Shown here one piece after another: positions 1 to 8,350 of a stretch of 36,988 nucleotides of DNA. The notes beneath the pieces are model-generated. The model saw only the letters and a list, made by a program, of their open reading frames with translations. It ran no database searches and was not told the origin of the DNA. Position 1 is the stretch's first letter; every line of letters starts with the position of its first letter. Origin of the DNA: a virus. The position numbers and the translations under genes are program-made. The stretch lies in the UHGV virus genome UHGV-1356966; one strand, 5' to 3'.

Positions 1-552
1 CCCACCCTTATCAATAAAAGTAGACTTAATACCTTTTTGAGCCCATCCTTGAATCGTTCTTTCTAGTGTTTCATCGAATGTAAAAAGACCGCTGTTAAAT
101 GCAGCAGTCGTTTTGTTAATTATTTCTGTGTACATTTGAGTGGTAGCTGTTCCGTAGCCAAAATTGGTAGATAGTAACGTTTGATTCACATAATTGTTTA
201 TGTCAGACCATACTTGATCATGATAAGCTTTCATGACATTGTCTAGGTTCGATGGCAAAGGCTTAGGATCGTAAGGTAGTTGTTTGTCTAAGTCTCTGAT
301 TATCTTTTCTCCTGAGCTATCAAACATACTTTCAATTTCAGATTCAGCAATTCCTGTTATTTGAGAAATCACTTTTGCAGTTTCTTTATTAAATAGATGC
401 AACTGTTGCAGTTTTTCTCTTTGCCAATCTAAAATATTATCGTGCCCACTATTCAATCGTTTGATGATAATACGTATTAATTCGCCTTCTAACGATTGAT
501 ATAGATGAGCCATATTAGAAGACCATAAGTCTAACTGATGTGGAGAAATCAT
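1..552 (-). CDS. Phage head morphogenesis / minor head protein (SPP1 gp7 / Mu F-like), N-terminal part. The ORF runs off the left window edge.
   Basis: ATG at 552..550 overlaps the portal stop as TAATG. The frame is open to base 1 and ends ...GIKSTFIDKGG. It continues in frame with 36988..36377 if the window ends are joined. Confidence 0.6.
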   Translation of the reverse strand, partial: MISPHQLDLWSSNMAHLYQSLEGELIRIIIKRLNSGHDNILDWQREKLQQLHLFNKETAKVISQITGIAESEIESMFDSSGEKIIRDLDKQLPYDPKPLPSNLDNVMKAYHDQVWSDINNYVNQTLLSTNFGYGTATTQMYTEIINKTTAAFNSGLFTFDETLERTIQGWAQKGIKSTFIDKGG

Positions 553-2051
553 TATTCTTCACTTCCTAAATGTTCCTCAATTATGTTTTGCTCATGCTCT
601 GAGTAATCTATATCAAGAGTTTCAGCCCTAATCTCATATACTATCCTTTTTGCTTCTTTTTCTGTAACTCCAGTAAGTTTTTGAATAGCAGTTAACTTAG
701 ATGTTAAGCCAGCTGTTACTAGTTTAGAGTAATAATCAGCCTTGGCATCTTGCGATTGGAAAACACCATCATCAAAGTCGATATTTATTCCTAATTCTTT
801 GACAGGATTAAATAACTTGTATGCCGCAGCAAGTTCAAAAATCGTAGTGATCAATTCTTTCAACGCTTCTTCTACAATAAGAACATTATCTGACCGAGTA
901 GAAAAAGTTTCAGAGTTTTCACTAATTATCTCTGTCGCTGTTTTAACAGACTGGCCATCAAAACTAAATGTTCCGCTAGAAAAACCTGTCTGGAGCTCAA
1001 TAATTCGTAAAATAAAATTGATACTTGCTATAAATTCAGTTGATCGCAATGATGGAGCGAATTCATCAATAAAAATTTCATCAGATTTAAGCTGTTGAAA
1101 AACAGAGGTTTTACTGTCAAACCGCTTTACTGGTTTTCCATTACTGTCATACTTAACTCTAAAAAAGTGATCAGATGCTAAAATTTTTCTTCTAGCTTCT
1201 TCTATTTCCCACATAAACTCATCGTATTTTTCATTGATATCTGCCAATTGTCGCTTAGCATTATCAATCACGCCCAAACTTAGCGGGCTATCTAAATTAA
1301 TATTATTTTTACCCGCTAGCTTTATATACACAAAAAGAGGACGACTAAAACCATCTAATATCGTCTCCTCCTGCAGATTTTTGTACTTTTCTAAAGAGTT
1401 GAGAGGGATCCTCACACCAACTTGCTTTTGTTCTTCAGATCGATACAATTCGTTTCTTATGCGGTACTTCCCGTCAACCCATTCATGAAATTCTAGCAAA
1501 GTATAATAGATTGTCTTTTGTCCCTCGGCTTGCTGAGTTACAGTAGCGATGGCTGCTTCTGAAATATCATTGGTATTGGATTGTAGAGGGAAAAATGTAT
1601 CAGCTCGACAAAACGAAATTTTGATTTTACCTGAATTAGTATCCACGTAAGGCCTCAAAGCTAAGCCGCCAATGGCATAACCAGCCTCTAGCTCTTCTCC
1701 GAAGTTTTTCCTGAATTTATTGTCAGCAAATACCGACTGCAAAAATTCATCAGCTTTTTCATCATCCAAACTGATGTTGCATCCATCGTTGAATACTAGC
1801 TTAGATAACTTTCTGGACACTACTTTGGATACGTTCAACGAGTGAAAAGGGCGCGTCTGCCTATAACCATCACTATTGATGTATTCTATGTCCCCATAAA
1901 CATTTCTATAAATTTCTTTATTGTTCCTTATTCGACTTAATTCGCTATCACTCATAGCAATCTTTGGATGATCTGTGATACTATTCAACGTTTCAACCAT
2001 TCCTATTTTTGCACCTCCAATCCTAAACAAAGCTTTTAATTTATCGAACAT
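552..2051 (-). CDS. Portal protein
   Basis: 499-aa ORF immediately downstream of terL. Size and position match a siphovirus portal. Confidence 0.8.
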   Translation of the reverse strand: MFDKLKALFRIGGAKIGMVETLNSITDHPKIAMSDSELSRIRNNKEIYRNVYGDIEYINSDGYRQTRPFHSLNVSKVVSRKLSKLVFNDGCNISLDDEKADEFLQSVFADNKFRKNFGEELEAGYAIGGLALRPYVDTNSGKIKISFCRADTFFPLQSNTNDISEAAIATVTQQAEGQKTIYYTLLEFHEWVDGKYRIRNELYRSEEQKQVGVRIPLNSLEKYKNLQEETILDGFSRPLFVYIKLAGKNNINLDSPLSLGVIDNAKRQLADINEKYDEFMWEIEEARRKILASDHFFRVKYDSNGKPVKRFDSKTSVFQQLKSDEIFIDEFAPSLRSTEFIASINFILRIIELQTGFSSGTFSFDGQSVKTATEIISENSETFSTRSDNVLIVEEALKELITTIFELAAAYKLFNPVKELGINIDFDDGVFQSQDAKADYYSKLVTAGLTSKLTAIQKLTGVTEKEAKRIVYEIRAETLDIDYSEHEQNIIEEHLGSEE

Positions 2052-2066
2052 TCGTCCACCTCTTTT

Positions 2067-3383
2067 CTAGGCAATGTAAGTTTTGTAGAAATAATTGTTT
2101 CCATATCTCGCTTCATCGAGAGCATGATTATATTTATCAATCGGTAATCCATTGTCATTTCTTACGTACATAGATATTTCTTTTTCAAAATTGTAGTGAT
2201 CATATTCTTCTCCGTTTTGCAAGATAATGAATTGCCCACTAGTCATCGTGTTTTGGAGACGTTCAATGCCGACTTCGATTTTCAATCCATTACTCGAAAC
2301 TTTGTCAGAACTATTATTGTCAGCTTTATCAGTCTCAATACCAATTAAATCCAGTTCTGTTCTTAGTGTTTTACATGCTGGATCAACAAAGAACCAGTTC
2401 CATCGAGGGAGATGTTTCCATTTTGTATAGCACCACTCGACAAACTTTTTGATTTCTTTAGCGTATGTAGACATCGCCTTGGTTTCTCCAGTGTCGGTCC
2501 CGCTATGATAGTAGTTAGCTAAACGATACAAATAAAACTTTCCTTCGTGATGAGTAACCACCCAAAAAGCACAAGTTGTAGCATCAGCTTGCCCACCATC
2601 TGTAGTAAAGAATGTTTCAATTATATTCCCCTTTATCTCGGTAGCTTTGTTGTTCTTGCCAAACATCGAATAAATTACACCTTGTGGCAGAACTCTATGA
2701 CCATGCCAGTCTCGTTCTAACAGGTATTCACTACTTGACAATTCATCATACAACTGTTGTTTTCGTTCCTCGGTTAAAATTGGATTGTCGTTCGGTGTCC
2801 AATGACGAAATAAAAAACGTCCTGACTTCTCAAAACGTTCAAGCAATTCAAGATTAGGATGGTTTGGCGCTGGCGGGTTTTGTTCACCCAGATGGTAACG
2901 CCATTCAGCAGCGAATGTCCGTCTAAAGCATTCATTGATAAAGTCTTTGTGCAATAGATTAAATTCGAGAAATGTCACAGAGCCTAAAGACATACCCGTG
3001 ATAGCCCCAACAGAGTTTATCTTCCCTCCGCCTTTATAATAAATTTTCTTTTCACCGTTTGGAGCATATAACAACAGATGATCGCCATGTTCATCGTGTC
3101 GTATATCGGAACAACCATCAAATATATGGACCAAGCCTAATCCATCTCCATCCATAAACATTCGATAAGCTTGTTCTTGGTTATAAGCAGTTACAAGATG
3201 GTTTTGATCAGGAGATCTTAAATAAAAATCAGCCATTTTAAAAATATCGGAAGTTGTCTTCCCACTCCGAGGTGTTCCTTCATTTAATTCAAAAGTAATC
3301 CCTTGAACCACTTGATTAATATTACTAATCTGCTTCGGGCTAAACTTCAGCTTCATTACTTCCATCACCTCCAGACTTAACAT
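2067..3383 (-). CDS. terL: Terminase large subunit
   Basis: Walker A motif GTPRSGKTT near the N-terminus. Length and position after terS fit terL. The true start may be an internal Met (about 3365 or 3356), because the ORF overlaps terS. Confidence 0.85.
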   Translation of the reverse strand: MLSLEVMEVMKLKFSPKQISNINQVVQGITFELNEGTPRSGKTTSDIFKMADFYLRSPDQNHLVTAYNQEQAYRMFMDGDGLGLVHIFDGCSDIRHDEHGDHLLLYAPNGEKKIYYKGGGKINSVGAITGMSLGSVTFLEFNLLHKDFINECFRRTFAAEWRYHLGEQNPPAPNHPNLELLERFEKSGRFLFRHWTPNDNPILTEERKQQLYDELSSSEYLLERDWHGHRVLPQGVIYSMFGKNNKATEIKGNIIETFFTTDGGQADATTCAFWVVTHHEGKFYLYRLANYYHSGTDTGETKAMSTYAKEIKKFVEWCYTKWKHLPRWNWFFVDPACKTLRTELDLIGIETDKADNNSSDKVSSNGLKIEVGIERLQNTMTSGQFIILQNGEEYDHYNFEKEISMYVRNDNGLPIDKYNHALDEARYGNNYFYKTYIA

Positions 3384-4074
3384 CTAAGAGAGCTTGAAGT
3401 AGATCATTGACTTTCCCACCAGCAGTTAGCTTATCGGCATTGTTCTTAGCAATATCCGCCTCTGCTTTTGCTTTAATTATTTGGGATTCCATTAATTCTA
3501 GTTTCTTTCTACGTTCATCATGTTCATCAGCTATTGAGACAAATTGTCTAATCAAGCTAGCCAATGTTCCCATTGCTCGAGACTGTGCATTCATAAAGTT
3601 CGCTTGTTTGTCCCAAGCATACTGCAAGCCATATCTTTCGCTACTGCTGTTTTTTCCTGAAGACCATCCGACTTCTTCTTTTGATAAATCATCTGAACCA
3701 GAAACATACATGATTTTCTGTGCTCTGATAATAGCCGTGTACTGGATCATGATATTATTCCATAAGATATCCTCAGGTTTAGAGGTTGCAACCTCATTCA
3801 TGATTTCTAACGTTTCAGAGGGTAACCAATTAGCAAAAAGACCATGTGTAACAGCATTTTTGTTATTATCTGGTGCTCCCTTGTTATTAGGTGTGGTTGC
3901 GTCCTTGGTTGCAACCTTTTCTTGAGACCAGTAACGGGATTTCCATGACTTTACTGTGCTGATGGATACACCATATTTTTCAGCTATTTCTCTATACTTC
4001 AATCCTTTTTCATAATCATCTTTAGCTAGTTCGTATTTCTTCACATGTGACACCACCTCGCTTGTTTGCAACAT
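3340..4074 (-). CDS. terS: Terminase small subunit (N-terminal HTH)
   Basis: HTH-like KYREIAEKYGVSISTVKSWKSRY at the N-terminus. Sits directly upstream of terL. Confidence 0.7.
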   Translation of the reverse strand: MLQTSEVVSHVKKYELAKDDYEKGLKYREIAEKYGVSISTVKSWKSRYWSQEKVATKDATTPNNKGAPDNNKNAVTHGLFANWLPSETLEIMNEVATSKPEDILWNNIMIQYTAIIRAQKIMYVSGSDDLSKEEVGWSSGKNSSSERYGLQYAWDKQANFMNAQSRAMGTLASLIRQFVSIADEHDERRKKLELMESQIIKAKAEADIAKNNADKLTAGGKVNDLLQALLDVKSGGDGSNEAEV

Positions 4075-4086
4075 TTGTTTTGTAAT

Positions 4087-4311
4087 CTACACATACTTTG
4101 AAAGATTTTCCTTTATGTGTTTATCTGAATAGAAACCATGACCGCAATAGACTAAACGGCATGCATCAATCTCTTTTGGTGTTGCTTCTCTCCCCATTTC
4201 GACAATAGAGTACTTCCCTTTGATTTGTACAGAACGCACAACACGCACTGAACAATCATCAATGGTTCGAGGATATTCATTAGTTAGCGATATATACCAG
4301 TAGTTTCTCAT
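4087..4311 (-). CDS. Hypothetical protein (74 aa), start overlaps upstream stop (TAATG)
   Basis: ORF track entry. The start codon shares a nucleotide with the stop of the FtsK-gamma-like ORF. Confidence 0.5.
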   Translation of the reverse strand: MRNYWYISLTNEYPRTIDDCSVRVVRSVQIKGKYSIVEMGREATPKEIDACRLVYCGHGFYSDKHIKENLSKYV

Positions 4312-4484
4312 TAGCCATTCTTCTCTTCAATAGCATTTAGATCATTGTAAATAGCCTTTGCTGTCTCTAATCCGACCCGCAGTCTTCGTTGAATGACTCC
4401 AACAGTTAGCTCCATATCAACTTCTTCATAGTCCTTCTTTAATCGCTTCATTTCCTCGAAATCTTTAGCGGTATATTGTTTCAT
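4311..4484 (-). CDS. Small FtsK-gamma-like winged-helix protein (57 aa)
   Basis: Hand translation gives MKQYTAKDFEEMKRLKKDYEEVDMELTVGVIQRRLRVGLETAKAIYNDLNAIEEKNG. The VIQRRLRVG..A..I...L...E stretch resembles the FtsK gamma signature LQRRLRIGYNRAARLIEQME. The RBS AAAGGAGA lies 8 nt upstream. This ORF is not in the ORF track because it is shorter than 60 aa. Confidence 0.45.
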   Translation of the reverse strand: MKQYTAKDFEEMKRLKKDYEEVDMELTVGVIQRRLRVGLETAKAIYNDLNAIEEKNG

Positions 4485-4501
4485 ATAATTATTCTCCTTT
4501 T

Positions 4502-4535
4502 AAATAAAATAAAAAGACCACTCAATGAAGTGATC
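4502..4535 (-). terminator. Intrinsic terminator (minus strand)
   Basis: Stem gaccact / agtgatc with one G.U pair, followed on the minus strand by UUUUUAUUUUAUUU. It lies just upstream of the RBS of the FtsK-gamma-like gene. Confidence 0.5.
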
Positions 4536-4719
4536 TAATATGTAATAGCAACCTACACACAGGCGGTTATCCTGTTCCTCCCTAGGGCTCGCACCACACA
4601 CGTACTAGTCCTTTCTAGTTTTGTACAAGGTCCCGATAGTGCGCCATACGCTTCCTACCTCCACCTTTGCGTCTTCTATTTCCGCCACAGTGACACTATA
4701 AAATTATTCTTGGCTGCTA

Positions 4720-4803
4720 CTATTTTTTATTTTGCCCATTTTTAAATCCAATCATATAGACATTAAGACAGAGCGCAAAAATTGAAATTATTAACGCCAT
4801 CAT
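4720..4803 (-). CDS. 27-aa hydrophobic peptide MMALIISIFALCLNVYMIGFKNGQNKK (type I toxin-like small membrane peptide)
   Basis: Verified codon by codon. The RBS AAAGGTGGGGGAAGAGAA precedes ATGATG. There is one TM-length hydrophobic stretch and a basic C-terminus. A roughly 180-nt GC-rich tail follows, ending at the 4502..4535 terminator. Confidence 0.4.
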   Translation of the reverse strand: MMALIISIFALCLNVYMIGFKNGQNKK

Positions 4804-4825
4804 TTCTCTTCCCCCACCTTTTTAA

Positions 4826-5464
4826 TTATTTAGTTAAATTGTATTTCTCTGCAAATTCACTATCAGCTTTTTCCAACGACCTAAGTGAAATAAATTTTTT
4901 ATTTTTTAATTGTTCTATATTCCAGAGAGCGTCTTTTCTAATCTCTTTTATTATTTCTAATAGACCTTCTCGGGATTCATCAGATATAAACAACTGATCA
5001 TAGTAATTTTTAGTTTTATCTAATTTTGTTTTTTCAGTATCGCTCATTCTCTTTTCTATCTCATTGTTCATCTCTATTACATTATCGATTTCAGTCTTTA
5101 ATGCATTATGATCATAGAATAAATCGTTACTAAATGATTGGTAAGTTAGGCGTTCTTTACTCGAAATATCAGTCAACTTGATTTCATTTAATTTTTCATA
5201 GTTTTTCTCTAGGCTATCTAATATTATATTGAGATTACTTCTGGTAACAGGTTTATTTTTAGATGATTCAATAGTAGCATATAGAACATCTAAGTCTTGT
5301 ATTGCTAGTCTGTTAGAGTTGACTAGTATTTCATTAACTGATTTACCATAGTTTGTTTTCATATTCCTTAAATCATTCCAATTATACAGAGCTATGAGTA
5401 CCGAAATAATTGATATACTAACCGTTATTACATCTTTCCATTTTATGTTTTTCAAATTTATCAC
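4826..5464 (-). CDS. Membrane-anchored coiled-coil protein (212 aa, GTG start), AT-rich accessory gene
   Basis: N-terminal TM segment VITVSISIISVLIALY, then a helical and charged region. The gene is markedly more AT-rich than its neighbours. It is flanked by non-coding DNA and has a candidate promoter TTGATT-18-TAAAAT directly upstream. Confidence 0.6.
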   Translation of the reverse strand: MINLKNIKWKDVITVSISIISVLIALYNWNDLRNMKTNYGKSVNEILVNSNRLAIQDLDVLYATIESSKNKPVTRSNLNIILDSLEKNYEKLNEIKLTDISSKERLTYQSFSNDLFYDHNALKTEIDNVIEMNNEIEKRMSDTEKTKLDKTKNYYDQLFISDESREGLLEIIKEIRKDALWNIEQLKNKKFISLRSLEKADSEFAEKYNLTK

Positions 5465-5740
5465 CCATTGTATATTTTACGATAAATCATGTGAATAAAT
5501 CAAAAAACAATAAACAGCAACGGATGATAGATAATAAGAACAATTTAGAAGGAGTTGAAATTCACATCCTTATTCTTAATATTTCCGTTGCTGCCTATCG
5601 AAGCTTAATTAAACGATGAGGGAGATTTCCTCCCTTACATTTTATTTTGTCGATCCTGTTTCCTAATCTTTCGACACTATCATAATAACACTGGTAAATA
5701 GCTAAAAACCGCCATCATTCCGCCAAAAAACCGCCATTTT

Positions 5741-6127
5741 TTATGCGTCAGTCACTACACAAAGTTTATCTTTGACCTTTAAAGCACAAACACTATAATA
5801 GTAGCCGCCATTTCCATCATTCGCTGTACATTTCGCTTTGGCGATTTCATTACGATTATGATAAACAACGACTTCAGCATAAGAAGTATGTCCGTCACCA
5901 TTATATCCACGCTTACCTTTATCAAAAATTTTTATATCCGTAATAACCGCATCAAGTTTTACATTTTTGAATTCACCTCCAGCGTATGCGCAGCAATCAT
6001 ACTCGCTACATACAACTTCTAATTTTGTTCCATCTTCTAAAATTAATTCACTCTCTGACCATTCTACGATTTTTTTGAAAATAAGATCTTTTTTCAACTC
6101 TTTCAATGATACATAATCTTTCCACAT
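5741..6127 (-). CDS. Hypothetical Cys-containing protein (128 aa)
   Basis: ORF track entry. Sits between ArpU and the AT-rich membrane gene. Confidence 0.45.
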   Translation of the reverse strand: MWKDYVSLKELKKDLIFKKIVEWSESELILEDGTKLEVVCSEYDCCAYAGGEFKNVKLDAVITDIKIFDKGKRGYNGDGHTSYAEVVVYHNRNEIAKAKCTANDGNGGYYYSVCALKVKDKLCVVTDA

Positions 6128-6139
6128 TATATGGTCCTC

Positions 6140-6556
6140 CTATTTATAAGCAATTATTTTCCCGTGCTTATACGCTTCTGCAAACTCTATTAGAGCTTCT
6201 GATTTCATCCGTTGTATACTTCTTTCTGAATAACCCACTTCACGGCTAATCCTGTAGTTTGAGAAGCTATCTGGCACACAGAAGCTGTAGTAGAGTATCT
6301 GACGACTAATCAGACTAAGAGCCATCAAAGCCGCTAGAATCGCGTCTCTCTCCGCTTCTATATCCATCATTTGAATGATCGCGTCTTCTGCCTTATTGCC
6401 ATGCTTCGGTGCCTTCGGCATATCCGTTATAATCGGCGACTTAATATCTATCAAAGAGCGACCTGCCATCCGCTCCAAACGCCGAAAGTTCTTCAGCACA
6501 TCTCTCGCATTACATCTTGTCTGTTTGAAATCTACCTCTCGTAACAATTGCATCAA
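6140..6556 (-). CDS. ArpU-family phage late transcriptional activator (sigma region-4-like)
   Basis: Length and sequence (…RLERMAGRSLIDIKSP…AERDAILAALMALSLISRQILYYSF…SERSIQRMK…) are typical of the ArpU / Alt / RinA-like late regulators encoded upstream of terS. Confidence 0.7.
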   Translation of the reverse strand: MMQLLREVDFKQTRCNARDVLKNFRRLERMAGRSLIDIKSPIITDMPKAPKHGNKAEDAIIQMMDIEAERDAILAALMALSLISRQILYYSFCVPDSFSNYRISREVGYSERSIQRMKSEALIEFAEAYKHGKIIAYK

Positions 6557-6628
6557 GTCAAACCGCTCCTTTATGTGATATAATAAACTTGTGGAATTTA
6601 TTAGAACAGTCGGAGCGATCCGGCTTTT

Positions 6629-6940
6629 TTATTTGTCATTGATTAGTTCCATATCCACCAATCTCGCTACAGCTAAATTCTCTTTGCTTTTAGCTGTCCA
6701 TTTATCACATTCCATCGTGTTTTCAATACGAATGATTGCTGAGTGATTATAGACGTGTTCTACATATCCACGAAATGGATAGATGAACCCTTCTGCTTCA
6801 CAGCGAACCATGTCACCGACTTTGACTTTTGGCTTCTTACGTGTTTTAGGATTCTTTGTCGGCATATCTAGCATTAAACCGCCGATGCCGTGACTACTAG
6901 CGTAAAATCCGTCTTTTAGTTTCATCTCATTTCCTCCCAT
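6629..6940 (-). CDS. Hypothetical protein (DUF2187/YkvS-like fold suggested)
   Basis: Motif KVGDMVRCEAEGF…YVEHVYNHSAIIRIE. The stop is followed by the hairpin gtcgga-gcga-tccggc. Confidence 0.4.
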   Translation of the reverse strand: MGGNEMKLKDGFYASSHGIGGLMLDMPTKNPKTRKKPKVKVGDMVRCEAEGFIYPFRGYVEHVYNHSAIIRIENTMECDKWTAKSKENLAVARLVDMELINDK

Positions 6941-7152
6941 TTACGATCATCATTTAATATCGAAATCCCAAACTTACGAATAGCATTACTCGCATCAGCA
7001 ACAAACTGACTTGCCACTTTATATGTTTCTTCTGCTGAAATTCCATATTCTTTTTCAAACTTTGTCTTTAGTACATTCAGTTCCTGTTTTCTTAGTTTTG
7101 TTATTCTGCGATGTCTGTTGTTCATTCCGCTTCCTCCTGTTCTAATCCCCAT
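6922..7152 (-). CDS. Hypothetical protein (76 aa)
   Basis: ORF track entry, part of the co-directional early/middle operon. Confidence 0.35.
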   Translation of the reverse strand: MGIRTGGSGMNNRHRRITKLRKQELNVLKTKFEKEYGISAEETYKVASQFVADASNAIRKFGISILNDDRKWEEMR

Positions 7153-7508
7153 TGAGCGAATGCTGATAGGACTTCATATTCTTGTTTACAAGCCAATAGT
7201 TTATAAGCTTTGCGTACTTTATCAGGTAATTTTCCTAGTAAATTTTTATCAGAAAAAGCATTAACAGATAATATTGGTGCTTCTCTAGTTAAAATTGTCT
7301 CGCTTTTCAACCACTCCAACACGATTTTCTGGTTGTCGTTGAGTTGAATTGATTTTTCTATTTGTCTTAAATCTTCCAATTCAAGTCGTAGATGACTGAT
7401 TTGAGTCATTTTAGCTTGCTCAACAATTGGAAACCCCAATCCCAAACTATCTTCTAAATTTTGGAGTTCGCTTTCTTTCTCAGATATGAGTTGGTGCAAT
7501 TTTTTCAT
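7122..7508 (-). CDS. Hypothetical protein (128 aa)
   Basis: ORF track entry. Confidence 0.35.
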   Translation of the reverse strand: MKKLHQLISEKESELQNLEDSLGLGFPIVEQAKMTQISHLRLELEDLRQIEKSIQLNDNQKIVLEWLKSETILTREAPILSVNAFSDKNLLGKLPDKVRKAYKLLACKQEYEVLSAFAQWGLEQEEAE

Positions 7509-7538
7509 CCTTCTGCCTCCTCTTTAGCTGTCAATTAC

Positions 7539-7733
7539 TTACTCGCAAGTCACTAAAATGGCTACTTCATCGATAAAGTTTCCATCTTCGTCTTCCATTC
7601 CTTGCTGAATGCTAATGTCGGTAATCTGCTTAAAAAATCCGTTGTCATAGCCTTGTGCGTTTATCACTACTTCGACGTCTCCGAAAACCTCTTTGAGACT
7701 ATTAATTTTATTTACTACTTCCGATGCGTCCAT
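7539..7733 (-). CDS. Hypothetical acidic protein (64 aa)
   Basis: ORF track entry. A GGGGTG RBS lies upstream. Confidence 0.35.
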   Translation of the reverse strand: MDASEVVNKINSLKEVFGDVEVVINAQGYDNGFFKQITDISIQQGMEDEDGNFIDEVAILVTCE

Positions 7734-7888
7734 GACTACACCCCTTTCCAGTTGGAAATAATTGCATCCTCTTTTTCTTTGAATACTCCTTCAATGATGA
7801 TCTCTCTATCTGAGTAAGGCCCCATATCATGAATTACAATATGAATCAAAATATTTTCATTCCTTAATTTCTTATTTGATTTCCTCCG

Positions 7889-8350
7889 TTAGCTGAATTT
7901 TTTCATAAACACAAGCCAATGTGTTTTGCTTCGTTTATTACCAAACAATGGCTGTTCTCCAATAGCCTCTAACACATCAGAAAGTGGTATCTGTTCCTCG
8001 TTCCACTTAAAAATTAATGTTCCTGAAGGTCGTAAAACTCGCATACACTCTGCAAAACCTTGCCTGATGTCTTCTGGCCAAAGTTCGTCTAATTTTCCAT
8101 ATTTTTTGGCAAGCCATGAGTTTTCGCCGACATGTCTTAAGTGTGGCGGGTCAAATACAACCATATCGAACACATCATCTTCAAAAGGCATATCGCGAAA
8201 GTCTGCGACCACATCTGGATCAACATTGATCACATGACCTGTTGATAATTCTTCATACTGCTGACGACAATCCATAAATGTTACGTCAGAATTGTTCTTA
8301 TCAAACCAGAACATTCGACTGCCGCAACATGCATCTAATATTTTTGGCAA
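7889..8350 (-). CDS. Putative small SAM-dependent (N6-adenine-type) methyltransferase
   Basis: Motif-I-like ILDACCGSRMF near the N-terminus and motif-IV-like VFDPPH, in gamma-like order. Confidence 0.5.
   Translation of the reverse strand: MPKILDACCGSRMFWFDKNNSDVTFMDCRQQYEELSTGHVINVDPDVVADFRDMPFEDDVFDMVVFDPPHLRHVGENSWLAKKYGKLDELWPEDIRQGFAECMRVLRPSGTLIFKWNEEQIPLSDVLEAIGEQPLFGNKRSKTHWLVFMKKFS

Noticed and set aside
742-1488. Plus-strand ORFs 742..1098 and 1234..1488 inside the portal gene, with similar antisense ORFs inside terS, the fibre gene and the capsid region (3407..3925, 23863..24060, 24490..24711, 34461..34865, 35651..35899)
   Set aside because: They are antisense to well-supported structural genes, lack an RBS and have biased composition. 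They are not called.
4540-4720. Assigning the GC-rich island definitively as the cos site
   Set aside because: Its position is suggestive. But the region lies inside a terminator-bounded transcript, and cohesive ends cannot be deduced from sequence alone. It is kept as a hypothesis only.
4782-4997. 71-aa plus-strand ORF overlapping the 27-aa peptide gene and the 3' end of the 212-aa gene
   Set aside because: No RBS is present. It is antisense to two better-supported minus-strand ORFs. A plus-strand antisense RNA is possible here, but not a protein.
5706-5740. Direct repeat AAAACCGCCAT x2 just after the 128-aa gene
   Set aside because: The repeat is direct, so it forms no hairpin and is not a terminator. 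It is too short to interpret and is noted only.
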